Source: Lama guanicoe (taxonomy: Eukaryota). Taken from it: a DNA stretch of 64,000 bases. Positions 27,096-40,065 of the stretch are shown here, piece by piece. The number at the start of each line of letters is the position of its first letter. Positions within the stretch are counted from its first letter, which is position 1. The notes beneath the pieces were generated by a model, which saw nothing but the letters and a program-made list of their open reading frames with translations, made no database searches and had not been told where the DNA came from. The stretch is from positions 868,001 through 932,000 of the forward strand of contig MU056029.1 of assembly GCA_013239625.1 (NCBI GenBank), given 5' to 3'. Made by a program: the position numbers and the translations under genes.

Positions 27096-27399
27096 AAATG
27101 AAAACTGCCCATATTTGATGTGTGCATCTTGATGACTTGGGATAGATGCACACACCTGTGACACCATCACCAAAGTCACAGTAATAAACACATCCGTCAC
27201 CTCCAAAAGGTTTTTCATGCCCTTTGTTTTTAGGCAAAAGGATTTTTCAGTAGCCCATAGATTTCCTATAAACCAAAAAAAAAGGAAGAAATCATTTTAG
27301 CTACTTTTTTAAAAATTAGAATCCTACCCTGGCAATAAACTAAGAAATCTCCTTGTGTTCCTCTTTTGTGTAGAAACGAAAAGAGGCCCAGGAGGGTCT

Positions 27400-28750
27400 A
27401 AGGGGCTCGATGGAGCCTCAGCGAGGGGAGAGCAGGTGTTCCAAACGGGAGCCAGTGCTCGCCTCAGGCAGCATTTCTTCCTCCAGGTCCTCAACCACCC
27501 GGTCCGGCCTCCACACAGATCTTCCCTGCCCATTTTATTTAGTCCTTATTTCTTTTTACGGTTCTCTTGAATACAGACCTCACTTAGCACGTGGGTGGGG
27601 GGCGGGCAGAGCTTTGGCATCCCCTCCCTGCCCCCTGATGTGGATGTTTACTCCCTCCCCCTTTAAACCAGCACAGAATGCCCCGCGCCTCCAAAGGCAG
27701 CTCCGGAGAACGCGCCCCAGGGCCTCCCAGCCGGGCCTCGACCCCAACAGCCGGCTTCGTGCGAATCAGCGGCTTCGACTCAGGATGCGCCGGGGCTGAG
27801 AGCGGCTGCACCCTTGACTCCTAACCCCGCGCAGTGAAACAGGAACAACGATGAGCTCCGCCTCACAGACAGGGGCACGGAGGCCTCCGGAGAGGACGGG
27901 CCTCTGCTCCCGGAGCCTTCTGCTGCCGCAGAACCGGCCTCTGCACCCCGACAGATGGGTTGTGATGCAGAGTTTTGGGAGAGTCTGAAAAGAACAGCTT
28001 TGTTGCTTTGCCAGGCAAAGGCGGGCGGTCACTGTGGGCTCACGCCTTAGAGACTGGATCCGTCTTAGGGTTTAGGGGTCTTGAGGTTTTATAGAAAAAT
28101 TGGATGGAGCAGAAGAGGTGCCAACAGCCAGGGCATTTTACAGGGTGTGACATTCCTCTTAACCTCGATGAAATTTTCCCTGCATCAGGGAGGAACTCCC
28201 GAGGGTCTGTCTGTTCTGAGATTTCCTGCTCATCACCTCCTTCCTGGAGCATAGTTTCTGGGGTGGAGCTCTTCTCACAGAGAGCGTAGAGGGAGGGGAG
28301 AGCGTCATGGCCGGGAAGCCAGCTGGTCAGTTTGCCTCCCATGCCTTCGCTTCCTCAGCCGCCGCGCAGTCATCTCCCGGAGTCTGAGTTCACAAGCGTT
28401 CGCGGCTGTGCGTAACCACGTGGCAGTAGATGAGGTTGGGAGGGACGGGGTCCTGAAGGTGCAGGAGCGAAACCCTTGCTTCTCCCAACCTGTGGTCTCC
28501 AAACCAAGCACAGGGTGGGACCCATTTTCAAACTGGGAAAATATGTTTTTGCTGAAGAAACTCATGGTCTTCCGGCGCATGTTCCCACAGGAGACGTCTC
28601 TCACTGAGGGGGGGGGGGCACCAGAAGGGTGTGCGGGGTTCCAGGGACAGAGGCAGCGTGCCCCGTGAGCCCGTGGCCACGGTGACAAGTTCCGCTTCCT
28701 TTGATGAGCACTGAAAACGTCCTTCACTGCCCGGCAGGTGCTTCAGGTTT
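27400..28750. promoter_or_regulatory. CpG-enriched, GC-rich unique segment (CpG-island-like)
   Basis: Visibly higher CpG density than the flanks; CACGTG at 27588 and 28417, GC box at ~27598. Confidence 0.45.
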
Positions 28751-29030
28751 TTGTGTGGAAGGATGGTCCCAGGGTGACAGTTTCATGTAGCTAAATTACA
28801 GTTGGTGCGGTAAATAGACACACTTTTGCTCAACACCACAGTCCTGAATATGTAGAGGACACATTTCTAATCACATGAATGCATGATAAGTTTCAGACAG
28901 ATAAGCAGCACCATGATGCCAGCACAGGGGGTGGGGGGATGCGGGACAAGGAGGCTCACGGTGATGCCTGTGACGCTTTTTCCTGCTATGGTTTCTCTCC
29001 CTAGTGTTTATACTTCAGGTTTCTCTTAAG

Positions 29031-29208
29031 CAGTCGTTCTCAGACTAGACTGGGCGTCAGCGTAGCCCAGAGGCTTGCTCAAACAGCTCCCTGGGCTCTG
29101 CCTTTTGAGTTTCCAGGGTCTGGAGTGGGACTGAGAACTTGCGACTCAACTCAGTGCCCAAGTGACAGCCGTGCTGTTTGCCCAGGCACCCACTTTGACA
29201 AATGCTCT
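29031..29208. mobile_element. MER5A-like hAT-Charlie MITE
   Basis: cagtcgttctcag...gggtctggagtgggactgagaacttgc...cactttgacaaatgct. Confidence 0.65.
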
Positions 29209-29593
29209 TCCTAATTTAGTTTCTATAAATTTCCGTAATTAGAGCCTAATCGTGATTTCCAACCTGTTTAGTGTTTTTTAATTGGGGAGGGGGGTGGCTT
29301 ATGGCTAAGTTGAAGTCCAGGATCTGAGAAAATCAAGATGGTCTTCAAAGTGACAGCTGCCGTTATAAAGTCTAGAGCAGGGTGAGGGTACGAGATCACT
29401 CCCTCGTTCAGTGTCTTGGGTGACACTGAAAAGAATTCACTCCAGAAGGGCCAGAGAGCTAGAACTGGAGCTATTGGCCAGGACCATGCCCCACACCATG
29501 TGGCAGGGCGGGCCCACCCGGCCGGGCAGTGGTCTCTGCACCGTCTGCCACCGGTTGGCCTGGGCACTGGATGTGGACAGCAGCCTTGCCCAG

Positions 29594-29929
29594 TGTTGTG
29601 GACTGAATCCTGTCCTTCCAAGATTCATACCCTACCCCCTCAATGTGACTGTGTGTGGAGACATAGCCTTTAAGGAAGTAACCAAGGTTACATGAGGTCG
29701 TAGGGTGGGGCCCTGATCCTGGAGGACAGTGGCCTTCTTAGCAGAGGGGGTGACACCAGAGATGTGCGCTCAGAGAAAGACCATGTGAGACACCGAGAGA
29801 AAGCAGCCGTCTGCAAGCCCAGGAGAGGCCTCGAGAGGACCCTGGTCTTGACTTCCCTACCCGCCCAAGAAATGAGTATCTTCAAGCCACCAGGCTGTGG
29901 CATCTTGTTAGCCCCAGCAGACCAATACT
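29594..29929 (+). mobile_element. MLT1A-like MaLR LTR
   Basis: tgttgtggactgaat...gcagaccaatac; flanks CCCAG/CCCGG (4 of 5 match). Confidence 0.85.
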
Positions 29930-31664
29930 CCCGGCAACTTGTACTCTCTGCATCATTTGCCAGCCATCACTGTTGCTGCTGCCCTGATTCCCTGATTCTA
30001 ATTCAGAGTCTGGGCATCTGAGATAGCCTGAGCCTGCATCTTGCTGCAGAGAATGCTGAAAGGAACCACCAGGTGTATCTAGCTTCCACAGAATAGACGT
30101 GGGGGTTTGTTCTGCCTCCCACTAATGTGCAGAAGGGGAGGATTCCCCAGCATAGGCAGGAGGTGCAGAGGCCGGGTAGCCAGTGTGAATGGCTGTTTCC
30201 AGAAAGGAAATCTGGTAACTGGGCATTGGGAGAGGGGGTGGATATTATGCAAAGGAAATCAGAGGGTTGAGGAGTGTGCAGAAGAGAAGAGATTTTAGAA
30301 ACATACACACACACCCCAGAAACATCCTGTGTGAAGGCTCAACCAATTGTTTGCTGCCTTTTTTCTGACTTGGCCACATTGGGGTGCTGGTGCAGACACC
30401 AGGCACCATGCTCTTTGTGTGCAGGTGAGACCAAGTTAGAGTAGAAGTCATTTTGAGAGAGGAGCCCTGTTTACTCAGGTCTTAACTTTCCCTCCAGAGC
30501 AAGGAAAGCCATGACTACTAAGGAGAGAAGTCCACATAACGTGGGGTTATCAGGTAGACAGGGACATACTGGATCACTGGTCACAAAGATGGTGCCTTTC
30601 CCAACGTGAAACGAGGCTCTGGGGGAACACTGGGTCTGAATCTGGAGGAACTCTGAGCTCTGAAGCAGACATTTCAGAAAGGACTCTGTTATACCTTGTC
30701 ACTAAGGCCATTGGTCATTGGTCCTGCACCTCTGTTGGAACTGAGGGTCCTCAGTACCCAGGCTCACATTTGCCCTGTGCACTTGTTGGCTGTCTGGCCA
30801 ATATTCTGGAATCTTTGAAGGAACAGAGATCAAACGACTTTCTAGATATAACTCAACTGGACAGAAATTTCAAGGCTCCTACTTGATTACGCTGTTTGGA
30901 AAGTAATTCTCTGAGCATCTCTTTCTCATTTGAAAACAGCCTCACTCATCGAGAGAAGGGCTGAGCGGCGGGAGCTTAGCAGTCAAAGACGTTGAAACGC
31001 CATTCTCGTTACTCACCCGTTGCCTCTGTTTCAGGGTAACGCCTGTTATAGAACTAACCTCTCTCATGTCACCCGTCCATTAAAATATGCCACATGAAAG
31101 AAAATATTTAGCTATAAGAAGTGACATCATTGATATGGGAAAACAATTTTGTGTCAAATATTACACCAAAAATGTGAGTTTCAATGTGTATGAAAAACAA
31201 ACCATCACCTTTCAGTGATTTGAGGGTTTGGGTAGCTCTGTGGCTGCCTTTGTTTACTAGCAGGTGTGAAGTTACTTCTTAGTCAATCTGGTTTGAGTCC
31301 TTACAGCAGTGACTAAGCCCCAGACAGAACTTTTCATGTATAATCTGTCTTCTGTGATCTCCCTGTCCCACCTTTGCAAGGGGGGCTGAGCAGGGTGGGT
31401 CCCCACCTGGCCTGGGGACTCATCAGCGAGGCACTGTGGGTGACAGTTTGAATCTTGGCAGAGTCTCAGCCAGGTCCTAGCTCTGCACCTCCCGGACCCC
31501 TTGGCGATGCAGGGTCAAGGTGCCACTGGGCTTTGCTGTTCTTGCTGCCTTTTGACCAGCTCCCTGCCCATCCTGAGCTGTGTGGGTTACTGTCAGCACC
31601 TCACACGTGTCATTTTTTTCTGCCACTGCTTCTTCAGTCTTCAAGCACAGAAGCAGATAGAAGA

Positions 31665-32203
31665 TGCTATGGACCAGTTCACATTCCACCTGATTTCTGT
31701 TTGGGGAAGTTGGAGATTTTAAAACTCTTGTCTCCTAGACTCCCTTGCAGCTAGGATTCAGCGTGTTAATTAGTTCCAGCCAATTAGGTGAATTTGCATA
31801 AGATCTGAAAGAGACACTGTGGCAGAGGCCCACCCCTGTCTTGTTGGCCAGTGAGGTGCCTGGAGGAGGGAGCTGCCGGCAGGAGCTGGCCTCCCCATGC
31901 ACTCCTTCTGACTCCTGGTGAAGGGAGAGGCAGCTGTGGTGACACAGCTTTGTGATGCCCAGTTTGCAATTGTGGGGACAACACAGAGGCAGCGTTTAGT
32001 GTCCTCAGAGGAAGTGAGCTCCTTGTGAGTGAGATCTGATCTGTGTTGTTCTGGGAGTCTCTCCTGGAGGCCCAGCTTAAATGCCGTCCGTTCAGCCATT
32101 CCACCTACTGGGTAAGAATCCACTTCCATGTATCTGACCATTCAATTCCTGACTGAAGTCTGTGGAGTGACCTCCGTTCTCAGCAGTGAAGTCTGATCCT
32201 TAC
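31665..32203 (+). mobile_element. LTR33-like ERVL LTR
   Basis: ctcccttgcagctagg...ccagccaattagg motif. Confidence 0.5.
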
Positions 32204-33098
32204 AGGTGGGTCAGCAGGGGACCTGGGTGCTACCCATTTTCACCACCCCTGGCCTGGTGTTGGGAGATATTGGGGCAAAGTTTTTCTCATGCATTGGGCA
32301 GAGAAGACTCAAAGTGTGACTGTCACAATTCATAACGTCACAGTGCACAAGTTGGTAAGCTTCTCCTTCCTGTAAAGACATGGTAACAAGTGAATTATGA
32401 AAATTTCTGGTCATATGTTTTAGGGCATAATTTAGCTTTTTTTTTTTTTTTGTACACAGAAATCTTTTAGGCAACTTCAGAATTCTGAGAACTTCCTTAG
32501 GCCATATTAGAGTTGTAGGTTGAAGAAAGGCCAAGGATCCACCTGCTCCTGGGGGAAGGCTGGAAGGACTATCCGTTCCTCAACAATGCAGAACATTCCA
32601 TCACTATACTCAAGGAAGAATTGCTTTCATTAAATTCCAAGGCTGGATTTTGAAGACTGCAAGAAGAGATTGGAAGAGAGGCCTAAATTATTAAAAACCT
32701 GGTTTTTGTTGGCTAATCTGAGTACTGACCTGGAGGTGTTGAGGGAAAAAAAGAAAAATAGAAAAAAACCTGAAAGCCAAGGGGAACTGCAGAGTGCCCC
32801 AGCCCTGGAGACACCTCAGGCTAGTCAGATGGTCAAGAAAGGTCAGGTGCAGGAGAGGACTTGGCTTCATCCCTGTGTTTAACTTCTGACCATGTTTCTA
32901 GATGAATTGTCCCTTCTCAGAGATGATTCACACTGAGACAACTTTTTCCTGGAAACTCTGTTCATGTGATAGCATATTTTCGTCTTCCTGCCCAGAGAGA
33001 AGTTCTCCCAGTCTGTAAAGTGGAAGTCCAGGTTGTATGAGAAAGTTTGAAAAATAGCACAATACATTCTACTTGGAAAGTAAATTTCCCAGTGGACT

Positions 33099-33401
33099 TA
33101 TATCTTAGTCTGTTTGGATTTAAACAAGAACTTAGTTCTCATAATTCTGGAGACCAGGATCAGGATGGTTGGGTTCTGGTGGGGTCTGTCTTCTGGGTTG
33201 CAGATGGCTGACTTCTCATTACATCTGCACATGGTAGACGGGGTCTTGTCTCTCCTACAAGGGCACTGATCCCTTTCCTGAGGGCTCCACCCTCATGACC
33301 TAATCACCTCCAAAGACCCCCACCTTCTAATAGCATCACACTGGGGGTTGGATTTCAATGTATGAATTGGGGGGAGGGGGGCACAAACATTAAATTTGTC
33401 A
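33099..33401 (-). mobile_element. MLT1A-like LTR
   Basis: gagggctccaccctcatgacctaatcacctcc...atcacactggggg. Confidence 0.85.
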
Positions 33402-33476
33402 CTTTATTTTTTCAAGCATGTCAGTTTTGGTCAACAGTCCCTGTGAAATGCCCCACCTTTCTTTGTACCCTAGTAG

Positions 33477-34030
33477 TGTGAGCCCTGACAGTTGGTTTTT
33501 CTTTTTTGAAACGCAAGTGCTTGACTTAAGCTTTGATTGCTAGCCACAGGACTGGATAAAGAGCCGGGCCTCCCCCTCCACCCTCACCTCGGTACTCGGC
33601 CCCTTTGTTTAGAGATCTTTTGCTGATTTTGATAACTGACCTTTGGGTCACTTTTTCCTTTTCTTTTCTTCCACAACTTTAATTCCCACTCTTATGTTTT
33701 AGATTCACCAATAAAAGGTGAACCCTGAGACCCTAGGCCCCTACTCCTGATCCCAGTAAGAATAAACATTATGCCTACACACTCTCTCTCCCCAAGACCT
33801 CCCTGAGTGGCCCCAGGCATGCTGTGTACCCTTCAGGACATGTAAGCAATAAATCATGTTTCCTTCAAAGTTTCCTCATGGTTGTTGCTAAGGATGTCTT
33901 ACAATCATAATAAGAACCACAAAGACCAGTCCAGACATAACATTGGTCCTGAAAGGAAACCAGAGCCCAGTGAATGTCTCAGGTATTTCTAGCCAATAGT
34001 ATCATTATCAATAGGCTGAGACTGGCACAG
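33477..34030 (+). mobile_element. MER74-like LTR
   Basis: aatcataataagaaccacaaagaccagtccagacataacattgg; homologous to 47133-47687. Confidence 0.65.
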
Positions 34031-34159
34031 GAAAACCCAGCTCCTACAAACGTCTATCCTGTTCTCTTCCCTTCTGCACAGACAAGAAGGATGCACTCAT
34101 GTGAAGAGGGCCGGTGTTGCCCAGAGTGTATGAGGGAAGCCAGTCTTACTGCACTGTGG

Positions 34160-34382
34160 CCCACAGCCAACATAGTACTTGACAGTGAAACGTTCAAAAG
34201 CTTCCTGCTAAACTGTGGAACAAGACAAGGATGCCCACTCGCACCACTTCTATTTAACATAGTATTGGAAGTCCTGGCCATAGCAATCAGGCAAGAAAAA
34301 CAAATAAAAGGGACCCAAATTGGAAGAGAAGAGGTGAAACTGTTATTCTGTGCAGATGACATGATACTGTATATAGAAATCC
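34160..34382 (+). mobile_element. Isolated L1 RT-core fragment between 15-bp direct repeats
   Basis: PTANIVL...[21 protein letters not shown]...[10 protein letters not shown]; flanks cttactgcactgtgg/cttaccacactgtgg. Confidence 0.92.
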
Positions 34383-35979
34383 CTTACCACACTGTGGGCT
34401 GCTCACCGTCTCTCAGCTTACACACTGTCTGCCCTTCCCTTTCCATAGAAGCAGCTGTGAGATTCCCCTCTTGTGGGAGGAGCAATGGAAAAATCATCCC
34501 TAAGGATGTTCTGAAATGGGCTTCAGTATTTGGAGATTTTTTCCTGGGCCTGGGCACTTAAATTTTATTTAAGGACATGATGAGATTTTCAGTAAATTTT
34601 CTTGTGAGACCAAAGTGAGATAACACTTTAGACTTCTGAGTTCCATTTCCTGACACTGACGACATCCAAATTCTTTCAATTTAGCCTTTTTTTTTTGAGG
34701 CAGAAAGAAAGAAAGGAAGACCTTCAAGAATAGGCATTTTTGCTAAAATGTGCTAAACCACACTAGGATGTTTTTAAATTGAAAGAATACTGCAAACACC
34801 AAGACCTGTCAAACTACAAGCCCTCGTAAGCTTGAGTAAGAGAGATTTACCAGGTGCTACCTTTACTGTGTGAACAAGAGGAACCAGATCTGCACCGATG
34901 TCTAACCACATTCACTGTGTGATATTTCACAGATGTTCTTATCCCACTGTAATTAGCTATGTTACCTAACCTCTTGTTCTTCTGTGAAAATAGACAGTGA
35001 ATTAGAGACGCCTCTTGAAATTGGTGGTAACTAGACTTGACAGCTGCTGAATGAGGAACCAGCTGCTCAGCCCAGGTGAAATACAGAGCTCACTCCTGCT
35101 GCTGATCTGATTTGAACTAATTTGTACATTTGTCTTCCTTCATGATCTTATGGAAAAAGATGTTGACAACAGCATTTCAGGTAGGTGTTTAGAAAAATCC
35201 CCAGGTCTCTGGAAGTTTCTCTCTATCTGCCATGTTTGTAAAGGCAAGAGCCACACGCCCAGCACTGCCCACACCCTAACCCACAATCTCTGGAGCTGGA
35301 TACTGTTTGACCAAAAGGGGGAGAGTATTTGCCTGCCTCCAATAGAGCGTTCTCAAGACTTTTCACTCTGCGATCTTGCCCTAAACACACCTGCCTGGTT
35401 TCTCAGCTCTTGAGAGAATTTCAAGGACATCTTTTGTTTTCCCTGTTCAAGATTTCTGTACTTCTCACATGAGATGAGTTTATCCTCTATGAAGGAGCAC
35501 CAGGAAATCAGTTCATAAAGAAAACAGAGTAAAAATGAATAAGGTTCTGATAACAGGGAGGTCCTGCAAGAAAACAGGTTGGACAAATTAGAGAAAGGTT
35601 AGGGAAAAAGATGAAAGGTCCATTGGGAATAACTCTCCTGCCCCTGGATGCTCAGTGCTGTTCCAAGCTGACAAGGATTAATCACTGCCCTGTTCAACAT
35701 AGATTTAACCACTCAACCAGCAGCCTGTCTTTAACTGTTTTCAGCTGTTTACAAAGGCTAATGTTTCTTTGATTTTCTTTCATAACTGTTGGGACTCTCC
35801 AAAGTAGAAAAATATAACCCTGAATTAATCATAAATGATAAATACAAACTTTTTACGTTTATATTTATGTTAAAGTAATTTTGACATAACATGCAATTTG
35901 CATTTTTAATGTGTCTGAAAACTTCCCAGTCATTGATTTCTTAAATATCCAGAGTTAGATTTCAGAAAACCAAGGCACT

Positions 35980-36149
35980 GAGGGTAGAGCTCAGTGGTAG
36001 AGCACATGCTTAGCATGCACTAGGTCCTGGGTTCAATCTCCAGTACCTCCACCCCCCAAAAAACCAAACTAATAATAAGTAAGTAGAACTTATGATCTCC
36101 CCCCAAAAATAAATAAAATAAAACAAAACAAATGTTTTTTAAAAAGAGA
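35980..36149 (+). mobile_element. Vic-1-like SINE
   Basis: A and B boxes; TSD agaaaaccaag(g/c)ca at 35964 and 36150. Confidence 0.9.
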
Positions 36150-36209
36150 AGAAAACCAAGCCAGCACATAGCAGAGAAGGCTGTGCATCTTGGTATGTTT
36201 GGTTTGTAG

Positions 36210-36359
36210 CTTCATTTAAGAGTAAGGACTACCGTAATGGGAGAAAAATTTTTTAGAACCAAAACAGTAGGAGAATCACTTCTTCACTGAGCTGTGCTGG
36301 TGATAATGGTGCTTGTTTGGATCGCTAAAGGAAAAGGAAATAACACGTTCATGGTGCAG
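36210..36359 (+). pseudogene. Relic exon, ankyrin repeat start
   Basis: tttgtag| ... CAG|GTGAGT. Reads FFRTKTVGESLLH*AVL... and, after a frameshift, ends HGA-G in phase 1, like ankyrin GE.LLH.A...AG|W. Confidence 0.6.
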
Positions 36360-37573
36360 GTGAGTGCTGTGGCTCCAGGTAATAAAGGTGAAAACCAGAC
36401 CCAGAGAGTATTAGAGCCTCATGTTCTTAGCAGAAGGAAAGGTGGTCCATACAAACCTATAATTAGCTGTCTTCATAGCCCAGTATCTGTTTTTTAATTC
36501 TCTGAGTAGCACACATTTTTTCATCTTCAGTTTAGATAAGTCACATGCTAAAATAAAGCAATAAGAATTTGACATTAAAACAGTAGAACAATTTCTTCCC
36601 AAAGAAAAGAGCTTTTACTTCATTACGTTTCTTGGAAAGGAAGCCTTCCTTTCTAAGTCCTTGTAAAATCCTCTCTCCAGGGCTTGGGTCAAGCTAACGT
36701 CAATGATCATCATCATTGCCAAGAATCTTTGGAGAACATTCTGTGCCAGGTAATATGCACTAAATAACACAGAGAGTCCCTTCCCTGATGTGTCCCCTCA
36801 CTCACTTGTTCGGTTGTCCTTCAAAGTCTCACAAGTCACATTCCCTGCCAGTCCTCTCGCTGGGCCACAAGCCAGTCAAACCAGCAAGGGGCAGATGCTA
36901 CATTTTTAGCAACTCAAATTGCCAAATCTTGCAGAAATTCAGCAACAGAGTGCACAGTGTTTATCAGGAAGGTTTGACTGAAGCAATCAAACAGGAGTAT
37001 AACCCTGAAGGGCACAAAGGTCCTAGAGAAAAAGGATGGGAAGTCAGGATGGGGAAGCTGCCTGAGCCCCACCGTGGGGCTTTAGCACGTGAGTGTCTCA
37101 CCCTGCCTACTAGGTTTCCAAGATGATGGATGGACCATCTTGACTCAGGTGATACTTCAGAAGAGACAAAGTGGTCCTTCTTAACGCAGGTTCATACAGT
37201 TTCTAGAAAGGGGAATCTTACGGGAACTTGTAAGTGGGGTAAAGGGTGAGGTGCGGCTTAGAGCATTTGCTGGCCTTCCCTAGAAATTGTCATGGACCAG
37301 CCATGGTGGGAAGTCAAACAGCCTAGCATACACTTTAAGCCAATCCTTATCCAAACCTCTGCTTTAAATCAGCCAACAACTCCATGAAAGGCCAACAATG
37401 TAGGTTTATTGTAATGTTTTTAAGTGAATCTGTGGAATGAAGGACAGAGACTTTTCAGTGAGGCTAACTTGAGACATAGTAGGCCCACATTTCTGACTCT
37501 CGCACCCCCAGAACACCTTTGCCCCAACTTTTCCCAAAGCTTAATGTTTGTCATACAATGATATTTATTCCAG

Positions 37574-37710
37574 TGATTTGGAGGGGAAAACCTTCAACTC
37601 TGTGTACTTTGCACAGTGATTTCCTGGCATTGGTAGCGTGAATATTACTGGTTTAGGTCAAATTTAAGCACTAATTGCAATGGTATGTTATAACCACCCC
37701 AAAGATCTCT
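37574..37710 (+). pseudogene. Relic exon, ankyrin repeats
   Basis: ttattccag| ... SDFLA(fs)GSVNITGLGQI*ALIAMVCYNHPK...|GTAAGT versus recalled ANKRD31 SELLKGGADVNIKGLYQITPLHDAVMNGHYK. Confidence 0.65.
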
Positions 37711-38379
37711 GTAAGTTTGGCCTGAAGGAAAGCAAACAACACGTTTACAATGGTTTGCCCTGCATGTGCTGGTGAGACGGTGTGTGGGCCAGCAGGTGAC
37801 CCTCATGGCCAAGTTGGAATGCTTCTCGAATGTGGGCGCTGTGGGAAAGTACCATGCAGACGTGCCTAGCGTGGGTTCTTTGCTTTACTCTGCAAGTTCA
37901 AGGAGACTGTCTTACATCCAGGTTCCAGCAAGATAAAAACAAGATTAAAATAAAAAATCTTATGTAGGTTTTTGTGATTACTGGGGTGCAATTTCGGTGA
38001 ATACCACTTTGTGTGAAGCTAACATCCAAGTTAACCAACATCTGTTGGGAATTTACTACGTGTTTACTTTGCTAGACTCCTTTAGACAAAATTGGAAATA
38101 TTATTCCTGTGTTATAATAAAAGAATCTCAGGCTTAAAGTATTGTCAGAACCACCCAAGTAATAAATTGCCTTGAAAATGGCTTTGGAAATGAAAGCAGA
38201 TAATAAAAAGAATTGGTTAAAACCCCTGTTTAAGAAACTGTCAATTTACCAGATATCCCTTCTTCCCCTATAACAACACACACATACGCATGCGCGCGCA
38301 CACACACACTTCACACAACCAGATGAGCCCAACAGAAGTCCACCAGTTTATCCTCTGAGGAGAGAAATGAGTAGATATC

Positions 38380-39910
38380 AGACAAAAGCATCTTATTTCA
38401 AAGGTAAAAATTAAAACTTACCAATTAGGAAAAGCTTACTTAAAGAAAACAGAAACCACGCAGGGAAATAAAACCTCAATAATAATAAAAGTACTGTTAT
38501 GTTGTATTATCACAGCATCCCTGAACAGAAAAGGGATGAAGCTGCATCCATGGAACACGAACAAGATGTTGATCAAAAATACGTTATTTTTTAAAAGGTG
38601 AGAAAGAGCTCTAGTAAATGAAAATTAAATATTTAGAAAACTCAATAAATGTGTTAGAAAATAAGACGCGGACATTTCCCTGAATGTAGAACAGAAAGTC
38701 AAATGTATGGATAATAGGAGAGAAAAGACAGGAAAATTAGAGATTTTGTTCAGGAGTTCCAACACTCAAATAAAAGAAGCTTCAGACTGAGCAAGAAGCA
38801 TTGAAAGAGAGTAGAAAATGATTTTTTAAGTCTTCAGTGAAATTTCCCAAAGTTAAAGGGCAGGAATTTTAAAACCTGAAATGGCTGATAAATAACCCAA
38901 CACAATAGATGTTTTTTTTTCTTTAAATCAAGCCTAGCATTGTAAAATATCACAGTTCTGGGAAGAATCCTAAGCTTTTTAGAGAAAGAAAAGAAAATGT
39001 CAGATACAAAGGATTAAGAACAAAAAATGGCTTTGTTCTTCTCAACAGCAAAACTGAAAGTTGGAAACAACACAGTGAAACTTTCAAAATTCTGAAGGAA
39101 ACTTGCTTCCAACCTTACACCCAGAAAAATGATCTGTTTAACACCAGGATGAACGAATGTACCTCCCTTTTCTCAAGAAGCAACTCAAAAAAGAGCAACA
39201 CGAAAACAAGTGAGTGGTTCGGCAGGGATGTCCAGACCTCCGGGATGCAGGGAGCTCACTACAGGCCCAGGGCATCCTCAAACACGGAGGTTGAGGGAAC
39301 GGTAAGAGGGGAGGGCAGGCTCGGCTGGGACAACCCCCCACCTCCAGGATTCTGGAGCAGGCCTAAAATCTCTTGGAGAGCCTCCTTTAAGATCATGGAA
39401 TTAATGTATTTTAATAAGATTTAATCATTTTGGAGGGTTTGAGTCTGGAATAGTGAAAAGTTCATAAGACCCTAAGCGAATGAAAAAAGACAATTAATTT
39501 TGGGGAAACGATAAATGCAAAAAAGGGAAAGTAATGATAGTATGCCGATTGGCTTATCTATGAATAACATTTATATAACAGTAATGATGGAAACAATAAA
39601 TACTGATTTAAACTAGAATATAATTATATTAAGAGCATTGGAGGAAATGGTGTGTGTGTGTGTGTGTGTGTTGGCAGCAACAGTAGTCAAAACTTTATCT
39701 TCTCATAGATAATGTCAAAAACTAAAAAAAAATCAAGAAATGTCAATATAACCATCTTATACAGAGTTATAAATATAGAAACCAAAAGAAACATTAAAAA
39801 ATGTAAGGACTCTGTGGAATAGGGTGTTGAGAGCGTATTAGACAGTATTTTTGCAATGATAAGCCTTGTAAAAGGTTCTTTTAAACTATATGAATGCATA
39901 TATTTTTTAA
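38380..39910 (+). mobile_element. HAL1/L1ME ORF1-like element; (TG)n at ~39650-39670
   Basis: ttctcaacagcaaaactgaaag...tttcaaaattctgaaggaaa...tacctcccttttctcaagaagc. Confidence 0.6.
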
Positions 39911-40065
39911 AGGAATAGGACTTTATCCTTATAACTTATATATTGTATCTGGAGACAATTTCCAAATTTCCAAATTAATGATCTAATAGTAGTTTAAGTA
40001 ATGGAAACATTACCATGAACACATAACTTCCTGATATGACTATTTTCAAAGAAATAATAATCCAT

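Noticed and set aside
32211..32534. Minus-strand Cys/His pattern (HCDVMNC...LCPMH) suggesting a PHD finger
   Set aside because: Ligand spacing is incomplete and there are no supporting neighbouring exons.
33974..34561. 195-aa ORF with RT motifs
   Set aside because: A chance read-through of an LTR end, unique DNA and an L1 fragment; not a gene.
37160..37290. TQVHTVSRKGNL ankyrin-like motif
   Set aside because: Out of order with the exon chain and without matching splice sites; probably chance.
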